The translations under genes and the position numbers were made by a program. A DNA stretch of 63,520 nt, filler included, from Stramenopiles sp. TOSAG23-2 (lineage: Eukaryota): the NCBI GenBank assembly GCA_900128395.1. It is 7 parts of 7 records of this genome, joined end to end, with 100 filler letters (N's around TTAATTAATTAA, not from the genome) between each part and the next. Parts side by side here need not be neighbours in the genome. Positions count along the whole stretch, not along the records: positions 1 to 27,525 come from LT649415.1; 6 more parts are not named here. One strand, 5' to 3'. A model generated the notes under the pieces. It had not been told where the DNA came from and made no database searches. It saw nothing but the letters and a program-made list of their open reading frames with translations. Below are positions 10,941 through 22,200 of this stretch, one piece after another (position 1 is the stretch's first letter; each line of letters begins with the position of its first letter).

Positions 10941-11894
10941 CTACGTTCTACAATTTTTAATTTCCATGACCAATATACCAGTTGCGCCTAAATCTGTTAA
11001 ATCATCCATCATTTGTGAAGTTTTTTTCTTCAATACCATGACTTGTATAGCATACCATTTATCATCATCATTAACAGCTGATAATGCCATAACAGTTGGT
11101 GCTTTAATACCAGGTGTAATCTTCTTCGCAGCTTCTAAATTTGTACCACTAATATTATATAGCATCATATCATATTTCATAGCTAATTGATAACCTTCAA
11201 AACGTTTTTTAATTTTTGTAATCATACCTGCATGTCTTGTTTTTTTATTACTTATCAATACCGTTTCAGTATTCATAATAATTTCAACAATTTCTAAACC
11301 TGCTGCACGCATTGTTGTACCAGTTTCAACTAAATCAACAATTCCATCTGCTAATCCCAAACCACATGCCGCTTCAACACTACCAGATACATAACTAATT
11401 TTTGTTGTCTCACCACCTGGTATTTTATCAAAAAAATCTTTTGCAAGTTTTGTAAAGGAAGTTACAATACGTTTTCCTACAAGTTCTTTTGCACTTTTAA
11501 TTTCATGTGGTACAGGTGCTTGGACACATAGTTTACATTTTCCTAAACCAAGTTTCATCACTACATTGACATCCGCGCCAGATTCTTCAATAATATCTTC
11601 ACCTGTTATTCCCATATCAACCATACCTTCACCTACATATAAAGCAATATCTTTTGCCGGTAAAAAAACAAGTGTTAATGGCAATGATGTTGATTGTGCA
11701 ATATCCAACCTATTTGGACGAAAAAAATCAATACCAGCACCTTCCAATAATTTTAAACATTTATTATACAAACGTCCTTTTTTTGGAACTGCAAATAAAA
11801 ATCGTTCAGGATCATGCGTTTGAAATGAATTCGAACGTGCTTTGCCTTTCGTTCCTTTTTCTGGACTAATATTCATTCCTGCAAAAGTTGCCAT
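10941..11894 (-). CDS. hisG: ATP phosphoribosyltransferase (long form)
   Basis: FAVPKKGRL, PAKDIALYVGEGMVDMGITGED and GSVEAACGLGLADGIVDLVETGTTMRAAGL motifs, plus C-terminal regulatory domain (LGATGILV). Confidence 0.95.
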   Translation of the reverse strand: MATFAGMNISPEKGTKGKARSNSFQTHDPERFLFAVPKKGRLYNKCLKLLEGAGIDFFRPNRLDIAQSTSLPLTLVFLPAKDIALYVGEGMVDMGITGEDIIEESGADVNVVMKLGLGKCKLCVQAPVPHEIKSAKELVGKRIVTSFTKLAKDFFDKIPGGETTKISYVSGSVEAACGLGLADGIVDLVETGTTMRAAGLEIVEIIMNTETVLISNKKTRHAGMITKIKKRFEGYQLAMKYDMMLYNISGTNLEAAKKITPGIKAPTVMALSAVNDDDKWYAIQVMVLKKKTSQMMDDLTDLGATGILVMEIKNCRT

Positions 11895-11955
11895 TTTGAT
11901 ATGTATGAATAAATGTATATATTATATGATAATTGATTTGTAATGTCTGTGTGGA

Positions 11956-11992
<37 letters not shown>

Positions 11993-12753
11993 AATTTGTA
12001 TGCACAATAGCCTATAGTAATACGATTGATTTTTTAAATGTAATAAAAGTCTTTGTCAATCTCGTTCGTTCATTATCTATTTTTCTTCTATGTTTTCTAT
12101 ATTATCCATAAAACAATATTAATGAAATTAATTAATAGTATATATTTGTTCATAGATATAAGATATTATGTATTATTTTCCCACAATCAATAGTATGTGC
12201 CTGTTATTTTTGGCTTTTTGAAAACCAGTTAGACACAATTTAACTTATATTTTAATTTTGGTCGAGCTGAGATTAGGTTTTATTTGTACTTGTTAGTATA
12301 ATGTAATGATGACGCACTCATTTCATTTTATTATGCTGTATATGCTGATGTCTGATGTCACGCTCGTCAAAAACACAGCAAAAATTAAAATGCTATCTAT
12401 TTTATTCTAATTCAGTGCATGTGGAAAGTGGAAAGTTTCTACGATGCTTAGACTACAAAAGAAATAGGTTTTGCAGCCAATACAGGCAATAGCTCCATAT
12501 CTCACACATGATGACAGTTAAAAAAATTTTTTCATAAAAAAACCAGGTATTATTTCAATTATTATATTTGTACTAATGGCACAATGTGCTAATTGAAATA
12601 AATAATATTGTTATATACAATTGTTTGTTCATAATAAACAAACGCTACGAAATAGCAAGTTTTAGTTAAGAAACACTTGAAGGTAGAACGCCTCTTTGAT
12701 ATCATATATTGCAATATATATAAGTACGATATACTACATATAAATTGACAATT

Positions 12754-15700
12754 ATGCAAGATCGTACCTTGCAACGAAGTTATGTAAAACAAGCAGCAAG
12801 TAGAAAAAATGCATTAAATTTAAGAGAATATCCCACACCTAATCGTGTTAATAATATTAATAATAACAACAACAACAACAATAACAATATGAGAACACCA
12901 CAACCAAGAAGATATGTGCATTTTGAAGAAGATGGTACCCAATATCATTATCCTAGAAGTAATAATAATAAGAACAGCAGTAGCAGCTATCGTCATTCAG
13001 CAGTCAAAGGTAAAAGAACGCGTAATAATAACAATATAGTCATACGCAGTCCAATCGAAGGAGGTGGTATCGGTGTAAATAATATTCAATCATTCTCGCA
13101 TAATACAAATAATATGACTTCGATCCCTGATATTGCACTAACCGACGTTGGACGTCGTTTCCCAACTTTATTTCAACCATCAAAAATACAAGTTGTAAAC
13201 CGAATGGTAAACGTGATTGATCTTGTACCACAACAGTTTCGACATGCAGATACAATTTATTTAACGAATAATCGTTTATCCAACATATCAAACATGGAAC
13301 AATTTAAAAATTTACAAACATTATCGTTAGCTCATAATGAAATAAACAATGTGAATCAATTGAAACCACTAATAAAATGCCCGTTGTTAAAGTATCTAAA
13401 ATTAGAAGGGTGTCCTGTATGCGAAGCCCCGTTTTATCGCTTGCATGTTATACGATTGTTAACAAAGTTAAAGAAATTTAAAGTATTGGATGGAGATGAA
13501 ATTGATCGTAAAGAAAGAATGGCTGCGAAATATGTTATTGAAAAGGAAGGGCAAATGTACAAAAAAATGTTTCATAATTATTGTACAATATATAAATTGA
13601 AACATTTAATTTTTCAATTAAAATTGCATTTAAATTTTCGGCTTGTTAGACTTGGTGAAAATTTACCTTCAAATCTCATTATCATTCCACCAACGATAAG
13701 TTCTTTTCCAAGACATGATGATTCAGGCGATGTTAATATTGATTTATATTTGAAACTTTGGAAGTTCAAGCGTTATGATGTAACTAGCGAATTTAAAATA
13801 TACATTCGAAACAATATCACAAATGGTGTTGTAAAATTTTGGAATCTACTACTAAAAGCAGAATTACAACAGCAACAGCAACAAGAGAAGACATTAGCCA
13901 ATATTTCTAATAATACTCCATATGGCAAAAGATCTAAATCATTACAAAATCGAAACAGTCGTTTGGGAAGATCTTCCTCGAACGTCTTGACTACGACGAC
14001 GATACCGCATACAAAAGCACATAAATTATGGGAAGAAGCATTCTCTGAAATGCAAATAGTACAAGATGGTGCAATAAATAAATTAAAAATGTTATGCCAA
14101 GAATATAAAGTTCAATTAAAGGATATTGAAAATCAAATTGCAGCAAAGGATCCAATGGGATATATTGATCAATTAGAAGAGGAAGAGGAAGAATTAAATA
14201 AAATGATGAGTCCTCGTAGTGGTGGTGGTAGTGGATACAATAAGGGTACTAGTCATATGGATACATCAGTTATAAATGATAATAATAATTCAATAAGCGA
14301 TGCTTTTAATGATAATCAAAACAATGCTAGTAATGGTTTAACAGAACCAGTACCATGGCCTGTACCGAAACCAATAGCATCGCCTAAAAGTAAGCAACGG
14401 GGAAGAAGTATGGAAAATATTGATGACAAGAACGTTCCAATTAAAAATAGCAAAGATAATGATGATCAAAGAAATGAGGAAGAAGAAGAAGATGAAGACG
14501 ATGAAGAATATCGTCAAGATAAAGGTAAATTGTATCTTGAATTATTGGAACAATCTACTCGAAAACAGCGGCGTACACCATCACCACAACATCGACGTAA
14601 TGCAAAAAGTCCAACATCAGGAAAAAAAAGCAAACATGAAAATAATCATATAGACGAGCCTTTAAATGCAAATAGTGCAGTAATGTCGGAGGATAAAATG
14701 TTAACAATGTCTCCTAAGGAAAAGGAAAGATGGGAGCGAACATTACGTAAACATTCACCAGATAATGCATTTGTTGAGAAAAAAGATACTAAAGTATTTA
14801 ATAAACGTCGTAAATCACCATCGCCAACATCGTCAAAAGTAAAATTGAAAAGCAAAAACCTGCAACATAACAAGAAATCACCACGAAATGTAACAAATAA
14901 AAAAGTATCACCATCAACAGCAGCAACCGTTACTAATAATAATACTAATAACAATAAGAAAACTCGATTACTAGTTGAAAAATTATCCATCATGAATGAT
15001 CAGGTTGAAAAGTTACAACATGAACGCGATGTAGCAAACCACAAAGCAAAAGAATATGAAATGCTTTTACACCATTATGTCAAAGGTGAAGATAAGTTAA
15101 AAATGGCAATTGAATTAAACAATACACATATTTTGCAACGTGCATTTTATGGATGGGAAAAAGCAACGAATCATGTAAGAAAGCAACGAATGCATGCGCA
15201 TAAAATACAAAGCAAAAAACAATTTTTATTTATGCAACTGATCTTTGAATCATGGTTTAAATATGCAGAGAACGAAAAGTTAGTAAAACATAAGACATCA
15301 ATTGCCACAAAACATAAATATACAAATATATTATCAAACGCTTTCTTATCATGGCATAGAAAAGTCCAAGAAATATTTCAACATCATAAAGGGACCAAAC
15401 AATTATTAGCAAAAGCATATCTTTTTATACAAAAAAAATGTTTCAAGAAATGGAATTTAGTGTTGGAAGAAGAACGTATTGAAAATGAAAATTTGGTAAA
15501 GTTGGGATATTTGCATATCTTAGGGAGAAGATATTTGAGACAATGGAAGCTAGCAACAAGTGCAGTTGAATTAGACCGTGTTACTAACACTTTAGCAATG
15601 AAACAATACATAGACACATTGCAATTCAATGCCTTTGAAAAATGGAGGCAATTTACATTAGATTCAATTGAGGATAAGCGATATACGTTTGCAAAACACT

Positions 15701-17157
15701 TGAAAAAAACTGTTTTAAAAGTTGGAAATGGATTGGCCGACATTTTCAATCGACGTTATCTTGATAATACTTGTAAATTTATTCTAAAAATCTGGTTTAA
15801 CAAGACTAAATATACAATGCAACGGCTGAAATATGCAAAAATTCTTGGTGATATTCGTAGAAAAAACGAAGTGACAAATTCCTGGTATAAATGGCGTATT
15901 GTAACCTTATCCGAACAATTAACAGCTGTAGGAACGAACATTAAAGCTGAACAAGAAAATGTTCTTAAGTTAAACGATGAAATCACGGATTTGCAAAAAG
16001 AACTTTTTAATAATAAAAAACAAATTGAAATAAAGGAATTACAAATTGAACGGGAAAAAATACTTGCGTTTAAGCAATATGAAGAATTGAATGATGAAGT
16101 AATGGTTTTAAATTTAAGAACGGAAAATAAGGAAAATAAGGCCAAGGTAATATCCCAGGAAGTACAAGAAGCGAAGAAAGGTGTAGAATTTTTAATTCAA
16201 AAAGTAAAAGAGCATAAGAATGAAACTAAATTCTTAGAAGAAGAAAATTCGTTGTTAAATACACACATGAGCGATTTAGAAAAGAGATTAAATGATGAAA
16301 AAATACAGCTTCAACAATCCATAGTGGAAAAAAATAAATTACGCTCACAATTACAATTGATTGAAAAGGCAAAAGATGAGGCAGATAAAGAAGTGGAAAT
16401 ACAACGAAATGAGAATGTAACATTAATAGAAAAAATGAAAAAGATGAGACATAATTGGGAAATAGACATAGACACGTTTAATAAGGAAAAAAATGCAAAT
16501 CGAAAAGTGGTGAAGTCGTTAAAGGGTCAAATAAAAGTCGAAGAAACTGCACGAAAAAAGAAAGAAAAAGAATTTAAAGAGTTCACAGTATCATCCAAAG
16601 TATATCAATTTAAGATGGAGACGCAATTGGAAGAAAGTTTGCAAATGTGCACCATGTTGAAACAGGAATTAGAACAAGTCAGTGTTGAACGAACCTTATT
16701 AGTGCGTGAAAAGGAAAATAGCCAATTGTTAATGCTACATTTACAAAATAAAATGCAAATGGAAGAAGATATGCAAATGGAGGATATTCATTTAAAAACA
16801 AAACGAATGAATAAGCTAGAAGGGGAACGTTTTCAATTACAAAGTAAATATGAAATGTTAATAGCTAGAAATGAGGAACGTGACAAGTTACTAAAAGAGA
16901 AAAATAATGTAATTAGAAATTTAAAACAAGGTTTACAATTAAGCAGCTTAAATAATAATAACGTGGGAAATATCAGCAATAACCAATTCAATGGCAGTGA
17001 AATTAGTAATGATAAAAGTAGTGTAGCAGAATTTTACCAAATGCAAGATACAAATGATGGGTCAGATATGAGTGAAGAGGAAACTGATGAAGCTGAGTTG
17101 AATGCTAAATTGAAAGAGTTGAAAGAAAAAATAGAAGGGAAGATCAGAAATGTGTAA
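12754..17157 (+). CDS. LRR + Sfi1-like repeat + coiled-coil protein (putatively centrosomal/basal body)
   Basis: SDS22/U2A'-type LRRs with LRRcap (PFYRLHVIRLL...LDG); about eight L/I-xxxF-xxW repeats (AFYGW, IFESW, AFLSW, CFKKW, AFEKW); long C-terminal coiled coil. Confidence 0.75.
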   Translation: MQDRTLQRSYVKQAASRKNALNLREYPTPNRVNNINNNNNNNNNNMRTPQPRRYVHFEEDGTQYHYPRSNNNKNSSSSYRHSAVKGKRTRNNNNIVIRSPIEGGGIGVNNIQSFSHNTNNMTSIPDIALTDVGRRFPTLFQPSKIQVVNRMVNVIDLVPQQFRHADTIYLTNNRLSNISNMEQFKNLQTLSLAHNEINNVNQLKPLIKCPLLKYLKLEGCPVCEAPFYRLHVIRLLTKLKKFKVLDGDEIDRKERMAAKYVIEKEGQMYKKMFHNYCTIYKLKHLIFQLKLHLNFRLVRLGENLPSNLIIIPPTISSFPRHDDSGDVNIDLYLKLWKFKRYDVTSEFKIYIRNNITNGVVKFWNLLLKAELQQQQQQEKTLANISNNTPYGKRSKSLQNRNSRLGRSSSNVLTTTTIPHTKAHKLWEEAFSEMQIVQDGAINKLKMLCQEYKVQLKDIENQIAAKDPMGYIDQLEEEEEELNKMMSPRSGGGSGYNKGTSHMDTSVINDNNNSISDAFNDNQNNASNGLTEPVPWPVPKPIASPKSKQRGRSMENIDDKNVPIKNSKDNDDQRNEEEEEDEDDEEYRQDKGKLYLELLEQSTRKQRRTPSPQHRRNAKSPTSGKKSKHENNHIDEPLNANSAVMSEDKMLTMSPKEKERWERTLRKHSPDNAFVEKKDTKVFNKRRKSPSPTSSKVKLKSKNLQHNKKSPRNVTNKKVSPSTAATVTNNNTNNNKKTRLLVEKLSIMNDQVEKLQHERDVANHKAKEYEMLLHHYVKGEDKLKMAIELNNTHILQRAFYGWEKATNHVRKQRMHAHKIQSKKQFLFMQLIFESWFKYAENEKLVKHKTSIATKHKYTNILSNAFLSWHRKVQEIFQHHKGTKQLLAKAYLFIQKKCFKKWNLVLEEERIENENLVKLGYLHILGRRYLRQWKLATSAVELDRVTNTLAMKQYIDTLQFNAFEKWRQFTLDSIEDKRYTFAKHLKKTVLKVGNGLADIFNRRYLDNTCKFILKIWFNKTKYTMQRLKYAKILGDIRRKNEVTNSWYKWRIVTLSEQLTAVGTNIKAEQENVLKLNDEITDLQKELFNNKKQIEIKELQIEREKILAFKQYEELNDEVMVLNLRTENKENKAKVISQEVQEAKKGVEFLIQKVKEHKNETKFLEEENSLLNTHMSDLEKRLNDEKIQLQQSIVEKNKLRSQLQLIEKAKDEADKEVEIQRNENVTLIEKMKKMRHNWEIDIDTFNKEKNANRKVVKSLKGQIKVEETARKKKEKEFKEFTVSSKVYQFKMETQLEESLQMCTMLKQELEQVSVERTLLVREKENSQLLMLHLQNKMQMEEDMQMEDIHLKTKRMNKLEGERFQLQSKYEMLIARNEERDKLLKEKNNVIRNLKQGLQLSSLNNNNVGNISNNQFNGSEISNDKSSVAEFYQMQDTNDGSDMSEEETDEAELNAKLKELKEKIEGKIRNV

Positions 17158-17330
17158 AAAATATGTATGGTGGTGTGCGTGTGTGAGCGTATAGGATTAT
17201 TTTTAAAAATTAGGCGCTCGTCGTAGGTACAATGTTAAAAAAATGTTTTTTCATTAAATTTAAAAAAGGAATTAAATACGGAGCTTCGTCTCTCAAAATA
17301 CGCGAAAATACATTTTTGATTTTTGCATCA

Positions 17331-18052
17331 TCACAAAACATCTCTACCTCGCTTCCTTGAAATTACAGAGTAAACCAAATTAACATATTTAAAACGTTTA
17401 TCAACGTCATCATGGTCGATTAATGATAACAATCCGCCATTTGTTTTACCTAGGTTTGGATCAATACAATGCGTATCTGATATTTGGCGGTACGATTCAT
17501 GCCATCGCTCTAAATCACGTTCTAAGGCCACATCAAGTAATGCAACATTATATGTATTACCAACTAAAGTAATTAAAATATTCATTACGACCAATGCTAT
17601 TAATAAAATAAACAACACAAACACAATAGTTGCAAACCCTGGCCATACACGTTGTGATTGAACTAACGAATCACCAAAATCCCCAAACATAATAAATAAC
17701 ATGCTTTGTAACGAATCAGCAATGGATTCAAATTGTTTCACATCATTACCAAACGATAAATGTTGGGCAAAACTAAATGCAAACACAATCCCAAACATCA
17801 AGAATAAAATTCCTAAAATTTCATCTCTTGCAATAGTTCTCATAATTGCTGCTATTTGTATTCCATACGGATCACCAAGGCTTTTAAATGTTTCTAATAA
17901 TTGAAATACCATTGCAGTCATGCCAATTCCAGCAATCCAATTCAACCATTTTAACTGCAGCAAAATATTTGTAAAATCGGTATATCCATTTGATTGTATC
18001 TCAGTTTGTTGAATTATTTTGAATGTTGTAATCGAGGTCTTAATATCAATCC
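17331..18052 (-). CDS. Polycystin-2/TRP-like cation channel C-terminal fragment (S3 end to S6); 5' part missing or frameshifted
   Basis: FAFSFAQHLSFG...FESIADSLQSMLFIMFGDF pore region and LVVMNILITLVGNTY S6; the frame stays open upstream to about 18052 (WIDIKTS...GYTDF). Confidence 0.7.
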
Positions 18053-18235
18053 ATCATCTGATGTTGATGTTTTTGTTTGCTCTGGTACATCGTATTTCTT
18101 TGCTTTATCATTGTCATCTCCTTTATCTTTCTTGTTATTTCCTTTTAATAATGTATTTTTTCCATCGCATTTTATTATAAATAACGAAGGTATTATTATT
18201 AATATAAATATTATTTTCATGATATATCTATTCAT
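18014..18235 (-). CDS. Signal-peptide-bearing N-terminal fragment, out of frame with the channel fragment
   Basis: MKIIFILIIIPSLFIIKCDG signal-like segment followed by a hydrophilic stretch; overlaps the PKD frame. Confidence 0.4.
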   Translation of the reverse strand: MNRYIMKIIFILIIIPSLFIIKCDGKNTLLKGNNKKDKGDDNDKAKKYDVPEQTKTSTSDDGLILRPRLQHSK

Positions 18236-18599
18236 GTTTTTCTATATATTTATATATATAGTTGCGGATATACAAACAACACTATATTCAATGGATCTAT
18301 ATTACAATACAAGACGACGAGACACAATATCACTTATAGCACACACGGTTTGCGATCGTTTATCTCATTTTTTGATTTCTGCACACATGCAGTAATGAAC
18401 GTCATTGATACAATTATATATATATTATGCAATATATATCTACATTCCCCCTTTTATAATGTAACCTCCTCCCTTCTACCTTTTTTTGATCCAAAATCAA
18501 TAGTGAGTAGTTATAAAAATTAACATCGACACACCAGCTGTTTAGAGTAAATAATCCCGACGATATAAATTTTTACTTAGCCGGCCAGTCGAGATTTTT

Positions 18600-18927
18600 G
18601 GTACAATTGTTTAGTATACTTAAAAACACTATATTGACCTATCAAACACACAAATTAATCGAATTTCGGTACAATTGTTTAGTATACTTAAACACTATAT
18701 TGACCCAAATTAATCGAATTTCGGTACAATTGTTTAGTATACTTAAACACTATATTGACCGATCAAATACACACAAAACACAAATATCGAATTTCGAATT
18801 TCGGTACAATTGTTTAGTATACTTAAAAACACTATATTGACCTATCAAACACACAAATTAATCGAATTTCGGTACAATTGTTTAGTATACTTAAAACACT
18901 ATATTGACCTATCAAATACACACAAAT
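18600..18927. repeat. Minisatellite, 5 units of 55-80 bp
   Basis: Core GGTACAATTGTTTAGTATACTTAAA(AA)CACTATATTGACC at 18600, 18668, 18723, 18803 and 18871. Confidence 0.9.
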
Positions 18928-19224
18928 ACGATGAAAGACGACTCTTCTATAATAATAAGCCTCATCATAGAATAATAATAGATTTGAATCGCTACAATTA
19001 TTAATATAGCAAAAATAATATGTAAAAGACAAACAAACAAAAGTACTAGACACACGTACAGACATTTCAACACTTGTTACACATATGTTTGAATAGATAC
19101 AAATTCATACATAGTAATAAAACAACATTCCGTTCCTCCCATCGTTTTCCATTGTTGATTTTTGTATAATATAATAATATTCTTGTTTGTTTTTGTTTTT
19201 GCTTACAAAATCTTTGTTGAAAAA

Positions 19225-22200
19225 ATGACAACTGTTTTTTTGAAAGATTTAGAAAAGAATCATCAATATTATGAAAAAAATACACGTCGATTTTTTCAAA
19301 GTAATGGCGAAATTGTAATTGCAGATGGTAAAATTGTTGGATATGGTTCAGATGAAGAATCAAATAGTAGATTATACCATAATGTACATGGTGATGGGGA
19401 TGAAGAGGATTTAGATGAAAATGAAGCAAAAGTTGCTGTAGACGCATATGCTAAAAAGTTAAAAGTTCCACCACCTAATTATAAGTTCCCAGACAATGCG
19501 GATGGTCAACAGAGTGAGAGCGACGATGATATAAATGATCCATGGCCAGACAACTTAACAAATGGCCAGTGGGACCCAAAGAAACGTTTTTATGCTTCTC
19601 TTAACGATGAATCGTTTTATAAAATGGCAAAGAAACATGGATTAAATCCAACCAGATTATTAAAAAGCCATAAAGACTTTTATCCAGCACATTTACGGTT
19701 ACATTCAAAATTACAAGCAGGTACTCTAATTGATATGCGACTATATGACCGATACGATGAAGCTACAACAGAACTTGCCGAAGAAAGAGCACAAGAATTA
19801 GATCAATCTAAAAATTCTAAAACTAAAAAGAAAAATGAAAAGAAAACAAGAAATTCTAATATAAGACGTAGTAGTGCACGAACAGCTAAAAATAAAAGTG
19901 TCAAATATGCCGAATGGAATTCTGATGATGATGATGTACCCATGGAATCCGAATCTGAATCAGAAGAGGAAGAAGAGAGTGAATATGACGAGGACTCGTC
20001 GGAAGAGGAGGAGGAGGAATCTTCATCGGGTGATGAAGATGAATCAAGTGATTATGAAGAAAAAAGTTTAAAAAAAAGCAAAGGTAAAGGAAAAGCAACT
20101 ACTCGGAAAACATCAAAACGCCCGGTTAGAAAAGCATCATTAAGAACAAGAGAAAAAAATAAAAATGTTGAATCATCATCGGAGGAAGATGATGAGGATT
20201 CTTCGTCATCGTTTGATGATGAAGATGTAAAAAAAAAGAAGAAAAAGAAGAAAGAAACAATGGAAGACGATTTTGTAGTAGAAATTCATATAGATTTAGT
20301 ATTAGGTGTTGAAAAACATTCAATGGCAGAATGGAAGGAAAAATGTAAACATATGACGACGACACATATTACCAATGGTTCTATATTTCGCCAAAAAAAA
20401 CGAACGTTCCGTGAAGGTGAATTGGAATTGCAAACAGAAGAGCGCTATTTAATTAAATGGAAAAATTATTCCTATTTGCATGCAAGCTGGGAAACCATTG
20501 AGGATATTCATACTATGTGCGATGGGACATCTGCAAAAAAGCTTGATAAGTATATTGATGGTCTGGAAAATAAAAAAACCGTGCCTTCCGATAAATTTCC
20601 TGTAGCTGAAAGAATAATAGCAATGGATAAAAGGGAAAAATGGTATGATGTGAATAATCCACCCTGTGAAATTTGTCATGAGTATGAAGATACAGAGGAT
20701 AATCCAGCGGTACTTTGTGATGGCTGTTCTTTCGGTTGTGGTCATATACAATGTTTAAAACTGAAAGCTGTACCAGATGGTGAATGGTTTTGTGGGAAAT
20801 GTACAAAGAAAAAGAAATTGACTGATGATAAATTGCCTGTTCCATTTACGTTACAATATGATCATAAAATGGTATATGTAAAATGGGAAGGAATGCCTTA
20901 TTCTGCGTCAACATGGGAGCACGTTGCCGATGTTGCAGACGATCATTTGGTGGAAGAATTTGTTAGAGTATCTAAATATCCAAAGCAAATAAAGAAAAGT
21001 AAAAAGTTAAAGCCTGAGCAATATTTACAACTTGTAGAAAATGAAAAATATAAAAACGATAATAAATTACGTTCGTATCAAGTAGAAAGTGTTAAGTGGA
21101 TGGTTTGGAATTATATTCATGGCCGTAGCAGTTTATTAGCGGATGAAATGGGTTTGGGAAAAACTGTACAAACTGTTGCGTTTTTGAATCAATTGCGACA
21201 GCACCATGGATCATATGGCGGGCCGTTTTTGGTTGTAGCACCTCTTTCAACCATACCACATTGGATACGTGAATTTCGTGCTTGGACCGATATGAATGCA
21301 GTTATTTTACATGGTGATCCAGCGTCTCGTGACATTATATACAAGTACGAGTGGAGGTTTTTAGATCCGGAAAGAAATTATGTAAAATTAGGTTCTGCGA
21401 CGGATTTAAAGTTTGACGTCATCATTACTACATACGAAGGCATTAACATGTCATATAATCAATTGAAACGGGTGAATTGGAAAGTCCTTGTTGTCGACGA
21501 GGCACATCGTTTGAAAAATAGACGAAGCAAATTGATGGAGCAATTTAATCATTTCAAATTTGATAAAACATTATTGTTAACTGGGACGCCGATACAAAAT
21601 TCAATGAAAGAACTTTGGTCGCTTTTAAATTTTATAGCCCCTGGGGCATTTGGTACGGAAGAAACATTTGATGAGAAGTTTGGAAATATGACATCTGCAA
21701 AGGAAATTGATGAATTGCATCAAATGATTGAAAAATTCTTTTTAAGGCGTCTAAAAGGGGATGTGGAGCATATTCCACCACGAGAAGAAACTATCATCGA
21801 AGTAGAGCTTACCATCGAACAGAAACGGTATTACAGAGCAATTTATGAGCAAAATCGTAAATACTTATATCGGGGTTTAAAAAATGTCAGTAAACCTAGT
21901 CTAATGAATATCTCGATGGAGTTGCGGAAATGTTGCAACCATCCTTTCCTAATACGTGGTGCTGAACAAGCGATGTTGGCCCAAGCGAAAACAAAAATTA
22001 CTGCAAATGAAATGCTTATACAAGCTTGTGGTAAGTGTGTTCTATTGGACAAATTGTTGCCGAAATTAAAAGCAGATGGGCATAGGGTGTTGATTTTCTC
22101 GCAAATGGTTCGAATGCTTGACATTTTAGCGGATTATTTAAATTATCGTGGATATTCTTACGCTAGCGTAGATGGAAGGCAACGTGGCAACGATCGCCAA

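Noticed and set aside
18600-18927. CRISPR array
   Set aside because: The sequences between the cores are variants of one another rather than unique spacers, no cas genes are present, and the context is eukaryotic.
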